From positions 26,472 through 66,309 of the forward strand of contig CAZVOZ010000001.1 in NCBI GenBank assembly GCA_964629065.1: a DNA stretch of 39,838 bases, given 5' to 3'. Both the position numbers and the translations under genes were made by a program. Positions 16,410-25,941 of this stretch are shown one piece after another (within the stretch, counting starts at the first letter, position 1; each line of letters begins with the position of its first letter). The DNA comes from an uncultured Candidatus Peribacteria bacterium. GTDB lineage: Bacteria > Patescibacteriota > Gracilibacteria > UBA1369 > LOWO2-01-FULL-3. A model generated the notes under the pieces. The model searched no databases. It saw only the letters and a program-made list of their open reading frames with translations, and was not told the origin of the DNA.

Positions 16410-17120
16410 GAGGTATTCTTGATTTCCGCTTTTTCCGGTGATTGGGGATGGGGTTTTTTGGGCGATGTGAAAGTGATTTTCGGTGCACCAAGTGTAGAAT
16501 TCTGTCAGAAGTGTTTCGGTAATTTGGGGATCTTTGATGACACCGTCTTTTGGAGTGAGTTTAGGCCCAGCTTCAAATTGAGGCTTAAATAAAACGACAA
16601 TTGGGGTTTCTGCATTTTCTATAAATCTTGAAAGATGAGGTAAAATGAGACGGAGTGAGATATAGGAAAGATCGGCGACGATGAGACTAACTTTTTCAGG
16701 CAGAGTTTCGAGCGTGCGAATGTCGGTTGATTCGAGATTGATCACTTGAGGGTTTTTGGCTAATTTTTCGGCTAATTGGCTGTGGCCGACATCAATGGCG
16801 TAGACTTTTTTGGCGCCATTTTGAAGTAAATAATCGGTGAATCCGCCGGTGGAAGCGCCGATGTCGGCAGCGACGATATTTGTTGTGTTGATGCGGAATT
16901 TTTTGATGGCGTGCTGAAGTTTTTGGGCGCCGCGGCTGACATAATTTTCGGTCGTAAGGATTTCAATGTGTGCGTCAGGAGAGGTGGCGGCGCTGGGTTT
17001 GGTTTGCAGTTGACCTCTTACTTTGACAAGGTTTTGGAGAATTAAATCGCGGCCACGGGAGCGGCTTTGGCAAAAACCTTTTTCGTAAAGGAGTTGATCA
17101 AGTCGGATTTTTGTTTTCAT
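16377..17120 (-). CDS. tlyA: TlyA family rRNA (cytidine-2'-O)-methyltransferase (S4 + FtsJ-like domains)
   Basis: RLDQLLYEKGFCQSRSRGRDLI (S4 domain), VSRGAQKLQHAIKKF and AADIGASTGGFTDYLLQNGAKKVYAIDVGHSQL. The ATG at 17120 is preferred over the track's TTG start at 17150. Confidence 0.85.
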   Translation of the reverse strand: MKTKIRLDQLLYEKGFCQSRSRGRDLILQNLVKVRGQLQTKPSAATSPDAHIEILTTENYVSRGAQKLQHAIKKFRINTTNIVAADIGASTGGFTDYLLQNGAKKVYAIDVGHSQLAEKLAKNPQVINLESTDIRTLETLPEKVSLIVADLSYISLRLILPHLSRFIENAETPIVVLFKPQFEAGPKLTPKDGVIKDPQITETLLTEFYTWCTENHFHIAQKTPSPITGKSGNQEYLLLLFSNNREI

Positions 17121-17646
17121 GAAGAGTTTTAAATAAGATTGGGTAGCCAACTGGGTGCGGGACGAATTGTGGATCGTTTTGGGCGATTTGCTCTTTGAGT
17201 TCGGTGATTGAAATCCATTTTAATGCAGTAATTTCACTGGGAGGAAAGGTAAATTGATCAAGGGAAAAATTGCAAGGTAAGAGGTATAAGTCTTTGAATT
17301 CGTTATTGATGTAGCGGCCTTGATCGAGAATTGCAGGCTCAAAAAATCGTTGAACGAATTGGAATTCAGTGGCATTTGAGGTAATTCCAAGCTCTTCGTT
17401 TAGTTCGCGCAAGGCGGCTTCCAGAGAGGCTTCGCCACTGTCAACATGGCCAGAACATGATACTTCCCAAAGATTTGGATGGGAGTCTTTGTTGGCAGAG
17501 CGTTTTTGAATGAGGAGTTCATTGTGATTATTAAAAAGCCACACCTCAATCGCCAAATGATAGTCACCGTCGCGATGAATATCAGCTCGCGATTTGTGAG
17601 TGCCTGTTTTTTGGCCATGAATATCCAGAATGTCGATGATTTCCAT
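17098..17646 (-). CDS. NUDIX hydrolase
   Basis: 182 aa with the Nudix box GHVDSGEASLEAALRELNEELGI. Confidence 0.8.
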   Translation of the reverse strand: MEIIDILDIHGQKTGTHKSRADIHRDGDYHLAIEVWLFNNHNELLIQKRSANKDSHPNLWEVSCSGHVDSGEASLEAALRELNEELGITSNATEFQFVQRFFEPAILDQGRYINNEFKDLYLLPCNFSLDQFTFPPSEITALKWISITELKEQIAQNDPQFVPHPVGYPILFKTLHENKNPT

Positions 17647-17717
17647 AGAGAGATTCTAGCATAGGATTTTTTTTCATGTTAGGATGGCGCGGCGTGAATA
17701 ATTAAACTCCTATTTCT

Positions 17718-18122
17718 ATGGTGCACGATAAAATTGCGGTTCTTTTGAAAGATTTGGCGACTTTAAGAGATAAGTTAAAGGAAGTTAAAAAAGACATGAA
17801 GTCGGAAGAGAAGATTGAAACGGAAGATTATTTGTCTTTGAAAAAATCTTTGGCAGATCTGAAAAAACAGGTGAAGGATTTTGAAGATGACTATAATGAA
17901 AGTTTGAAGAAGGATAGTTTTTACAATCAGTTGCGGGAAATGAAGTTAAAAGCGGAGGAAGAAATCGCTTTGGCAAATGAAAAATTATTTGCTTTGGTTG
18001 AAGAGTTGCCACAGAAATTTTTTGAAATGGATGTGGATTTGGAAGCGGGAAGAGTGAAGGTGCAAATTCAGCCGGAGATGAGGGTTTATCTAAATGGCAA
18101 AGAAGAAAAGAAAAGAACTTAA
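17718..18122 (+). CDS. Hypothetical coiled-coil protein (K/E-rich)
   Basis: 134-aa ORF with heptad-like charged composition. No recognisable domain. Confidence 0.45.
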   Translation: MVHDKIAVLLKDLATLRDKLKEVKKDMKSEEKIETEDYLSLKKSLADLKKQVKDFEDDYNESLKKDSFYNQLREMKLKAEEEIALANEKLFALVEELPQKFFEMDVDLEAGRVKVQIQPEMRVYLNGKEEKKRT

Positions 18123-18242
18123 AAAAGGCTGAAAAAGCGATCTGCGGCGTCAAGATCGTCGCTCCCTCCTCATCGTATAAAACGATACGTCTCGTCGGTC
18201 GCTCCTTCTTTCCTTGCATCTCATTATTTTCAGCTTTTTTTT
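18121..18242. repeat. 122-bp palindrome-ended element, copy A (MITE/RPE-like)
   Basis: Arms are aaaaaaggctgaaaa ... ttttcagcttttttt (one mismatch or offset). The core aligns with copies B and C. Central CGTAT-aaaacg-ATACG hairpin at 18174-18189. The element exactly fills the gap between the stop at 18120-22 (+ gene) and the stop at 18241-43 (comM). Confidence 0.8.
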
Positions 18243-19734
18243 AGGTGAGCTTGGGGCGGCGGAATTGGATTGCTTCCATGATGTGATGGGTTTGGATTTT
18301 TTCCATCGCGTCGATGTCGGCGATGGTGCGGGCGATTTTGAGAATTTTGAGGTAAGCGCGATTGGAAAGGTTGAATTTTTCGACGGCTTGAAAGAGGAGT
18401 TTTTGTGATTCGAGTGAGATCTCGCAGTACATTTTGAGGTCTTCGATGTCGAGTTGATGGTTGAGTTTTCCTCTTTGGAGTTGAATAGTCCGAGCGCGTT
18501 CAATGTTTTCGAAGATGCGTTGGGTGGCGGCATGGTCAGGTTTTGTGAGTTTCTGGATTGGGCTGCGGGTGATGTGAACGAAAAGGTCGAAGCGATCGAT
18601 TAGAGGTCCGGAAAGCTTTTTCTGATATTGAGCAATTTGATGAGGCGTGCAGATACAGCGGATTTTACTGTCGGCAAGATTGCCGCAAGGACAGGGGTTC
18701 ATAGTGGCTAAAAGAGTAAAATCGCAGGGGAAAGTCGTGGTGGTTTGGTTGCGGCTGATTTTTACTTCACGATCTTCGAGTGGTTGGCGGAGGCCTTCAA
18801 GAGTTTTGTGGTTGAATTCAGCGATTTCGTCAAGGAAGAGAATTCCATTGTGGGCGAGGGAAATTTCACCGGGGCGAGGCGGCACTCCCCCACCGATCAA
18901 AGTGGAAAATGATGTGCCGTGGTGAACTTCGCGGAAGGGGCGGGATTTGATGAATTGATTCAAACCTCCAAGCAAACCGGCGATGGAAAATATTTTGGTG
19001 GTTTGGAGCATTTCTGTTTTCGTGAGAGTAGGTAAAAGTGAGCGAAAACTGCGGCAAAGGACGGTTTTGCCGCAACCGGGACTGCCGTAAAGTAAGGCGT
19101 GATGCGAGCCGGCGAGGGCGATTTCCAGAGCACGCTTCCCCTTTTCTAACCCGATTACTTGAGAAAAAGTAATCGGGCGCTGACGCAAGTTGATTCCGAC
19201 TCTTTTAGTGGGCTCGATAAGCTTTCGTCCGCTGATGTGGTCCAATAACGCTTTTAGATTGGAAACAGGAAGAACCTTTATTTCACTAAATAAGCTGGCC
19301 TCCTGAGCGTTGTCCACTGGCAAGAAAATTTGCTTGAAACCTGCTTTTTCAGCGGCTTCGGCGAATAAAATAGCCCCTCTAACTGGTTTTACTTCGCCGT
19401 TCAATGCTAATTCACCTACTAAAATCGAGCATTCAACATCATTGAATCGCACTTGACCACTAGCAATCAACAAACTCATAGCAATCGGTAGATCAAATAG
19501 CGTACCGTGCTTGCGCAGTTGTGCCGGTGCGAGATTGATAGTTTTACGGATAGGTAAGAATTTCATGCCGGAGTTTTTAATGCTTGAGCGAATGCGCTCT
19601 TTTGACTCCTGAACGGAGGTATCGCCTAACCCCACGATATTAAATGCCGGCATACCTTGACTGATGTCCGCTTCAACTTCAATGATTTGGCTATCGAGCC
19701 CACTAAAGGAGCAGGAAAAAACTTTTGCTGTCAT
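18241..19734 (-). CDS. comM: YifB/ComM family Mg-chelatase-like AAA+ ATPase
   Basis: 497 aa with the N-terminal Lon-protease-like ChlI domain, Walker A LLYGSPGCGKT, GILFLDEIAEF and the C-terminal Mg_chelatase_C block. Confidence 0.9.
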   Translation of the reverse strand: MTAKVFSCSFSGLDSQIIEVEADISQGMPAFNIVGLGDTSVQESKERIRSSIKNSGMKFLPIRKTINLAPAQLRKHGTLFDLPIAMSLLIASGQVRFNDVECSILVGELALNGEVKPVRGAILFAEAAEKAGFKQIFLPVDNAQEASLFSEIKVLPVSNLKALLDHISGRKLIEPTKRVGINLRQRPITFSQVIGLEKGKRALEIALAGSHHALLYGSPGCGKTVLCRSFRSLLPTLTKTEMLQTTKIFSIAGLLGGLNQFIKSRPFREVHHGTSFSTLIGGGVPPRPGEISLAHNGILFLDEIAEFNHKTLEGLRQPLEDREVKISRNQTTTTFPCDFTLLATMNPCPCGNLADSKIRCICTPHQIAQYQKKLSGPLIDRFDLFVHITRSPIQKLTKPDHAATQRIFENIERARTIQLQRGKLNHQLDIEDLKMYCEISLESQKLLFQAVEKFNLSNRAYLKILKIARTIADIDAMEKIQTHHIMEAIQFRRPKLT

Positions 19735-19775
19735 GCCAGTATGATGACAGTCGATTATTAAATTTTTCTAAAATT

Positions 19776-20720
19776 TTAGAGGGAAATCTGAAAATTGGTG
19801 TCGCCGGCTTGAAAGTAGAGTAAGTTCTCCAGATTAGAGTGGCTTAGGTTAGATGGAATATCGGTCAATTCGCCAAAATCGCCGATCAGCTCGAAGTTTC
19901 CGCTCTTTGGATCGTAAGTGGCGAAAAGATAATTGGATTTTTTTAATGAGGTGAAAGTGATTTGATTTAAGCCATTTGTTGTTTCTTGTTCGCGACTAAA
20001 ATCATTATTTGTTGCGAAAAGAATTTTTTCGTTGTTTAGCCATATAAATTGACCACTTTCGATAGGAGAATTGGGGATAATAATGTCAAAAGTATGAAAG
20101 GGCGATTTCAGTCCGGTGATTTTTAAATTGCCTTCAATGGACTGAGCGAGGAAGTTTCCTTGAGGTGAAATGAGCGACTGATTGGCGGTGACGATGTTTT
20201 GGCTAAGAGTAATTCTCTTTTTGGTGATGTGGTCCACAAGGTAGTTTTGATCGCTGGTAAGGAGGAGGGTGAAATTTTTATTACTGATGATTTCGTTTGG
20301 CGTGATTATTTTGGGAAATACAGCTACTGTGCTGCCGTTTTGATCGGTGAGAGTACGATTGTTGAGCTCCGCCGAAATTGATTTAGTTGAGGGATAATTA
20401 TCGATGCGAGTTAGTTGTGGCAGTTCCTCAAAATTAAGAGCGATTTCTTGTGATGAAAACGTTTTAATGGAGAGAGGAAGAAGGATGGGTCGAGACTTTT
20501 CTTTTTGAATTATTAAAGTGTGATTTCCGATGGGATAGCGGATTTTGCATGGATCTTTGAGGCAATTTTTTGTTTGACTACCCAACTCGTTGACTTGATA
20601 AGGCGGCGGGCCTTGGAGGTTTACAGTTCCACTAAAAATGCTCGCCCGGAAGACAAAGATCGCGAATAAAATTGCGAGAACAATGAAAAAGAAAATTAGG
20701 CGTTTGAAGTTGGGATTCAT
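19776..20720 (-). CDS. Hypothetical membrane-anchored extracytoplasmic protein
   Basis: The track ORF extends to 20801. The ATG at 20720 (MNPNFKRLIFFFIVLAILFAIFVF) gives an ATGA overlap with the yraN stop and a clean N-terminal TM. Confidence 0.5.
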   Translation of the reverse strand: MNPNFKRLIFFFIVLAILFAIFVFRASIFSGTVNLQGPPPYQVNELGSQTKNCLKDPCKIRYPIGNHTLIIQKEKSRPILLPLSIKTFSSQEIALNFEELPQLTRIDNYPSTKSISAELNNRTLTDQNGSTVAVFPKIITPNEIISNKNFTLLLTSDQNYLVDHITKKRITLSQNIVTANQSLISPQGNFLAQSIEGNLKITGLKSPFHTFDIIIPNSPIESGQFIWLNNEKILFATNNDFSREQETTNGLNQITFTSLKKSNYLFATYDPKSGNFELIGDFGELTDIPSNLSHSNLENLLYFQAGDTNFQISL

Positions 20721-21085
20721 AGGTTGAGAGAAGGGATGTGAAGGATGGATTGTAAGTTTCCGTGTGTATTTAATTTTAGGGCAATCGCGTCTATTCTCCA
20801 ACTGTACTTTCGAAAGCGCGGATGTTGTTTGAAAAATTGATAAATTGCTAAAAGAATTTTACGCACTTTGAAGCGAGTAATTGATTCTTGTGGTGAACCA
20901 AAGGTGTCGCTGGTGCGAGTTTTTACTTCGGTAAAGACTATTATTCGGGTGTTTTTTTCAAAGGTTATAAGATCGATTTCGCCTTGTCGGCAATGGAAAT
21001 TGCGCATTATAAGAATGTGTGATTTATGTAATAAGTAGTTTAAGGCTTTTTCTTCGCCAATTTTGGCAATTTGTTCTCTGAGCAT
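20717..21085 (-). CDS. yraN: YraN family (UPF0102) endonuclease-like protein
   Basis: 122 aa with GEEKALNYLL...GEIDLI...VFTEVKTR. The yraN-comM neighbourhood is typical. Confidence 0.8.
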   Translation of the reverse strand: MLREQIAKIGEEKALNYLLHKSHILIMRNFHCRQGEIDLITFEKNTRIIVFTEVKTRTSDTFGSPQESITRFKVRKILLAIYQFFKQHPRFRKYSWRIDAIALKLNTHGNLQSILHIPSLNL

Positions 21086-21126
21086 GTTTTGATTGTAGGG
21101 GGTGAAGTTAAAATTTTTCTAAAAAA

Positions 21127-21155
21127 TTGAAAGTAAAAATCAGTTGAGCTATAGT
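21127..21155 (+). promoter_or_regulatory. Sigma70-like promoter candidate (TTGAAA-17-TATAGT)
   Basis: 17-nt spacing, about 33 nt upstream of the dnaB ATG. Confidence 0.45.
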
Positions 21156-21188
21156 CTCGGGCACAAGGGCAATTTGTAACTTTTGTTT

Positions 21189-22547
21189 ATGGCTGAAAGT
21201 GGCTCACTAGTGCCGCCTTATAGTTTGGATGCGGAACGCTCTACTTTGGGCTCGCTGTTGATTGATAAGGATTCGATCGTAAAGATTTCTGACTTTTTAA
21301 TGGCAGATGATTTTTATCATGATGCTCATAAAATGATTTATCAGGCGGTTTTGGATTTGTTTGACCGAAGGTCGCCGATTGATTTGGTGACTTTAACGAG
21401 TTTGTTGGAGGATCGTGAACAGCTGAAGTTGGTGGGTGGAGCTTCATATATTGCCTCATTGGCTGGAGATGTGCCTTCGGCTAGTCATATTTTTCAATAT
21501 GCAACGATCGTAAAGGAGAAGGGAATTTTGCGAAAGTTAGTGATTGCTGGTGATACGATTAAGGGCTTGGGATACCAAGAAGACGAGGAGTTGTCGGAAT
21601 TGATCGATCAGGCAGAGAAGAGTTTGTTTGGCGTTTCGCAGACATTTATGACGGATAAGTTTGTGCATGTTCGGGATATTTTGACGAAGACTTATGAGAA
21701 GATTTCCGATTTGCACGATCCAGAAGCGAAGGAGAAGTATCGTGGGATTTCGACAGGCTTTAAGTCTTTGGATCATATTTTATCGGGATTGCAGCCGGCC
21801 GATTTGGTAATTTTGGCGGCGAGGCCTTCGATGGGAAAAACCGCTTTGGCGTTGAATATTTGTCAGCATGTGGCGAAAGCTGGATATAGCGTAGGTGTGA
21901 TTTCGCTGGAAATGTCCAAAGAGCAATTGGTGGAGCGGATGTTTTGTAGTTTGTTGTCGGTGGATTCGTGGAAGATGCGTACGGGTCAGTTGAGCGATGA
22001 AGATTTCGGGCGAATTGGGAAGGTGATGGATGAGATGAATTCAATGAAGATTTTTATTGATGATTCGTTGGGGAATTCAATTGGGGAATTGAAAGCGAAG
22101 GCAAGAAGATTAAAAATGGAGCATGGGCTGGATATGCTGATGGTGGATTACTTGCAGTTGATGAGCGGTAGTGCGAAATATAGTCAGAATCGAGTGCAGG
22201 AAATTTCAGATATTTCGCGCGCCTTGAAGTCGTTAGCACGGGATTTGAGGATTCCGATTTTGGCTTTATCTCAGTTGTCACGGGCGGTGGAAATGCGTCC
22301 GAATAAAACGCCTCAATTGTCTGATTTGCGTGAATCGGGTGCGATTGAGCAAGATGCCGATGTGGTTTTGATGATGTATCGTGAGGATTATTATGAAGAA
22401 GATACTGAGCGGAAAGGGATTACGGACATTTACATTCGCAAGCATCGTAATGGTCCAATCGGGCATATTGAGCTGGCTTTCCACAAATCACAGTTAAAAT
22501 TTGTGGAGCTGGAAAAAAATAGGCGGATAGAAGAGTATGCTATATAA
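21189..22547 (+). CDS. dnaB: Replicative DNA helicase DnaB
   Basis: PPYSLDAERSTLGSLL N-terminal domain, Walker A ARPSMGKTALALN, LSQLSRAVE, RESGAIEQDADVV. Normal length, so no intein. The ATG at 21189 is preferred over the TTG at 21183. Confidence 0.93.
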   Translation: MAESGSLVPPYSLDAERSTLGSLLIDKDSIVKISDFLMADDFYHDAHKMIYQAVLDLFDRRSPIDLVTLTSLLEDREQLKLVGGASYIASLAGDVPSASHIFQYATIVKEKGILRKLVIAGDTIKGLGYQEDEELSELIDQAEKSLFGVSQTFMTDKFVHVRDILTKTYEKISDLHDPEAKEKYRGISTGFKSLDHILSGLQPADLVILAARPSMGKTALALNICQHVAKAGYSVGVISLEMSKEQLVERMFCSLLSVDSWKMRTGQLSDEDFGRIGKVMDEMNSMKIFIDDSLGNSIGELKAKARRLKMEHGLDMLMVDYLQLMSGSAKYSQNRVQEISDISRALKSLARDLRIPILALSQLSRAVEMRPNKTPQLSDLRESGAIEQDADVVLMMYREDYYEEDTERKGITDIYIRKHRNGPIGHIELAFHKSQLKFVELEKNRRIEEYAI

Positions 22548-22554
22548 TTGATTT

Positions 22555-24138
22555 ATGACTGAGGGACACAGTGAATATCATGATCGGTTGCAAAAGTTAA
22601 AGCTGATTGAAGAAGGCGGTGTCAGTGCCTATCCTGAGCGATTTAGGATAAGTGCGAAGGTTGCAGAAAGTTTGGAGGCAGCGGAGGGTTTGGATTTGCG
22701 TGAAGTGAAGGAGATAGTGGAAAATGGTGTGAAAGAGGATTTTCGTTTGGCTGGAAGACTGATGTCTTTCCGTCAACATGGGAAAATCAGTTTTGCGCAT
22801 CTGCAAGATTTTTCTGGGAAGATGCAGATTTGTTTTATGGAAGATGTTTTGGGTAAGGATCTTTATAAATCTCTGAGAAGGTTTGATACGGCGGATCATG
22901 TGGGGGTGGTTGGCGAGTTGTTTCGAACGAATCACGGGGAAGTGACTTTGATGGTGAAAGAGTTTGTATTGCTATCAAAAACTTTACGGCCGTTGCCAGA
23001 AAAATGGCATGGTTTAAAGGATAAGGAAACGATGTATCGCCAAAGATATCTAGAAACAACGACGAATCGTGAAACGATGAATCGATTTATTTTCCGCAGT
23101 GATCTTGTGCGGATTTTGCGGGAATTTTATTGGGCGGAAGGTTTTATTGAGATTGAGACGCCGGTTCTAGAAACTATTTCTTCGGGCGCAACGGCTTCGC
23201 CATTTATGACTCATCATAATGCTTTGGATATTGATGTTTATTTGAGGATTGCTGGCGGTGAGTTATGGCAGAAAATGGCCTTAGTGGGAGGTTTTGAAAA
23301 GACTTTTGAAGTAGCGCGAGTGTTTAGGAATGAAGGGATTGATCCGAGTCATTTACAGGAATTTACGATGGTGGAGCATTATGCCGCATATTGGAATTAT
23401 GAGGATAATATGGATTTTACTGAAAGGATGTTTCAGTTTCTGTTTGAGAGATTGGGGTTACCAACGAAAGTGAAAATTATGGATCGTGAAGGTGAACTAC
23501 GGGAAGTCGATTTTAAAGCGCCTTGGCCGCGAGTGAAATTTACGGATTTGATTAAAAAGGATTGCGGTATTGATGTTTTGGAGCACGATGAAGAGAGTTT
23601 GAAGAAGGCGATTAAGGAGAAGAAGATTGCTGTAGAGGGCTTGGAGGAATTAGGATATGGCAATTTGGTGGATCATCTTTATAAAAAGGTGTCGCGGCCG
23701 AAACTAATTGAACCGACTTTTGTGATTCAACATCCGGTGGATATGAAGCCTTTGGCGCGCAGAAGTGATGAGGATCCACGGCTAGCTGACACTTTTCAGC
23801 TATTGGTGAATACTTGGGAAGTGATTAATGCTTATGGGGAGATTGTCGATCCGCGTGATCAGAGAGCGCGTTTTGAGGCGCAATCTTTGGCGAAAGCTGG
23901 TGGTGACGCAGAGGCGATGATGATGAATGAGGAATATTTATTGGCGATGGAGCATGGGATGCCTTGTATGTCAGGTTGGGGCATGGGGATTGATCGTTTG
24001 GTGACTTTGCTGACGGGGCAGGATAATTTGAAGGATTGCGTGATGTTTCCTTTGATGAAGCCTCTGGATGAGATAGTAAAGAAGCAGGAAAATTTGATGA
24101 AAAAGATGAAAGAAAAAATTAAAAAATCTAAGAAATAA
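22555..24138 (+). CDS. lysS: Lysine--tRNA ligase, class II
   Basis: 527 aa with an OB-fold N-domain and class II motifs (FRNEGIDPSHLQEFTMVEHY, GWGMGIDRLVTLL). Lys-rich C-terminal tail. Confidence 0.93.
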   Translation: MTEGHSEYHDRLQKLKLIEEGGVSAYPERFRISAKVAESLEAAEGLDLREVKEIVENGVKEDFRLAGRLMSFRQHGKISFAHLQDFSGKMQICFMEDVLGKDLYKSLRRFDTADHVGVVGELFRTNHGEVTLMVKEFVLLSKTLRPLPEKWHGLKDKETMYRQRYLETTTNRETMNRFIFRSDLVRILREFYWAEGFIEIETPVLETISSGATASPFMTHHNALDIDVYLRIAGGELWQKMALVGGFEKTFEVARVFRNEGIDPSHLQEFTMVEHYAAYWNYEDNMDFTERMFQFLFERLGLPTKVKIMDREGELREVDFKAPWPRVKFTDLIKKDCGIDVLEHDEESLKKAIKEKKIAVEGLEELGYGNLVDHLYKKVSRPKLIEPTFVIQHPVDMKPLARRSDEDPRLADTFQLLVNTWEVINAYGEIVDPRDQRARFEAQSLAKAGGDAEAMMMNEEYLLAMEHGMPCMSGWGMGIDRLVTLLTGQDNLKDCVMFPLMKPLDEIVKKQENLMKKMKEKIKKSKK

Positions 24139-24141
24139 TTT

Positions 24142-25941
24142 ATGGATAAGATTGCAATTTTGGATTTTGGAGGACAATACGCTCATCTGATTGCCAATAG
24201 GATTCGTCGATTGGGTGTTTATAGTGAGATTTTTGATGGCGAAACTCCAGCGAAAGACTTATTAGGCTATAAAGGTTTTATTTTGTCGGGTGGGCCGGCG
24301 AGCGTGAATGCTGTAGGGAGTGCAACTTGTGATCTAGGAATTTTCGAAATGGGTGTACCGATTTTGGCGATTTGTTATGGGCATCAATTGGTGGGCAAGG
24401 TGCTTGGAGGTGAAGTTGAAAAAGGAAAAGTGCGAGAATATGGCAAGGCTCAATTGAGATTATCTAGTAAGCCAGGGATTTTGGGAGATTTAGAAATGGA
24501 AGAAACGGTTTGGATGAGCCATTTTGACCAAGTGGTGAAGGCGCCGGAAGGGTTCAAGGTAGTAGGTTCGACTGAGGACTGTCCAATTGCGGCAATGGTG
24601 AATGAGGAAAAGGAAATTTACTGCGTTCAATTCCATCCAGAAGTAACGCATACGCCATGCGGAATGAAAATTTTGACGGATTTTGTGGCGCTGACGGGAG
24701 CAAAACGCGATTGGGATTTGGATCTTTATATCGAGCGAATTGTGGCGGAGATTCAAGAAAAGGTTGGTGAGCGAAAAGTGTTTTTAATGATTAGTGGTGG
24801 CGTGGATAGTACGGTGGCGTTTTTGCTGCTAAAGAAAGCTTTGGGTAACGATCGTGTTTATGGGCTTTTGGTCGATACCGGTTTGATGCGGATGAATGAA
24901 GCAGCGGAAGTTACGGAGGCGTTGAAACGAGTTGGCGTAGATAATTTGCATGTTTATGATGCCGAGAAGGAGTACTTGGAAGCTTTGCGTGAGGTTTATG
25001 AGCCGGAAGCGAAAAGACAGATTATTGGTGATTTGTTTTTGGATATTAAGGATAGAGTTTGCGCGGATTTGGGATTGGACTCCGAAGAATGGATTTTGGG
25101 GCAAGGCACGATTTATCCAGATACGATTGAGACGGGCGAGAGTAAGCACGCTGACAAGATTAAAACGCATCACAACCGCGTAGATAAGATTCAGGAGCTT
25201 TGTCGTCAAGGAAAGGTGATTGAACCTTTAAATCAATTGTATAAGGATGAAGTGAGGGCGGTGGGTGAGAAGTTGGGCTTAGAAAAGAAGATGGTAGAAA
25301 GACATCCATTTCCGGGTCCAGGTTTGGGTGTGAGAATTCTGTGTAGTAAAGGTGAAGATTATCCGAGTAATTTGGAAGAGGTTGAAAAAAATGCCGGAGT
25401 TTTGGCAGGAGAACTGGGTCTTGAAGTGAAGGTTTTACCTATAAAAAGTGTGGGAGTTCAGGGGGATGAACGCACATACCGACACCCGGCTGTGGTCTAT
25501 GGAAAGACAAAAGATTGGGATGGCCTAGACAGGTTGTCTACCCGTTTGACTAATCAAGTCCCGGAAGTGAATAGGGTGCTTTTGAGCTTATACCCTAATG
25601 ATTTAAAGGTTTTGAGTAGTCGAAATTGTTGGATTGATAAGGCGCGAGTTTTGACTACCCAACATGCCGATAAGATAGTTATGGACTTTGTTTGCGAGCA
25701 CGGTCTTGACAAAAACATTTGGCAGTTTCCGACGGTATTAATTCCAGTTGGTGTGGATGGTGGGGAAGAGGCAATTGTACTGCGGCCGGTGGAGAGCTTA
25801 GAAGCAATGACAGCAAATTTTTATCGCATGGATTTTGATTTGTTGGAGCAGTTGGTAGAGAAGCTAAAAATGGTACCAAATGTTTCGGCGGTGTTTTATG
25901 ATATTACGAATAAGCCGCCGGGGACTATTGAGTGGGAGTAA
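24142..25941 (+). CDS. guaA: GMP synthase (glutamine-hydrolysing), long form
   Basis: 599 aa with a GATase domain (ILDFGGQYAHLIANRIR, CYGHQ), the ATP-PPase P-loop SGGVDSTV, and a C-terminal dimerisation domain that is longer than the typical bacterial form. Confidence 0.93.
   Translation: MDKIAILDFGGQYAHLIANRIRRLGVYSEIFDGETPAKDLLGYKGFILSGGPASVNAVGSATCDLGIFEMGVPILAICYGHQLVGKVLGGEVEKGKVREYGKAQLRLSSKPGILGDLEMEETVWMSHFDQVVKAPEGFKVVGSTEDCPIAAMVNEEKEIYCVQFHPEVTHTPCGMKILTDFVALTGAKRDWDLDLYIERIVAEIQEKVGERKVFLMISGGVDSTVAFLLLKKALGNDRVYGLLVDTGLMRMNEAAEVTEALKRVGVDNLHVYDAEKEYLEALREVYEPEAKRQIIGDLFLDIKDRVCADLGLDSEEWILGQGTIYPDTIETGESKHADKIKTHHNRVDKIQELCRQGKVIEPLNQLYKDEVRAVGEKLGLEKKMVERHPFPGPGLGVRILCSKGEDYPSNLEEVEKNAGVLAGELGLEVKVLPIKSVGVQGDERTYRHPAVVYGKTKDWDGLDRLSTRLTNQVPEVNRVLLSLYPNDLKVLSSRNCWIDKARVLTTQHADKIVMDFVCEHGLDKNIWQFPTVLIPVGVDGGEEAIVLRPVESLEAMTANFYRMDFDLLEQLVEKLKMVPNVSAVFYDITNKPPGTIEWE

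Noticed and set aside
17785-18533. Minus-strand ORFs 17785-18219 and 18150-18533, and + ORFs 18214-18408 and 25932-26156, crossing the 122-bp elements
   Set aside because: They overlap well-supported genes (the coiled-coil ORF, comM, murI) and exist only because the element is open in that frame. They were used only as evidence of the element's coding potential.
21086-21182. Replication origin upstream of dnaB
   Set aside because: I found no DnaA-box (TTATCCACA-like) cluster in this 97-bp spacer. The sign of the G-over-C bias does not change anywhere in the window.
21189-22547. Intein in DnaB
   Set aside because: The protein is of ordinary length (about 452 aa) and co-linear with canonical DnaB. 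There is no extra block near the Walker motifs.
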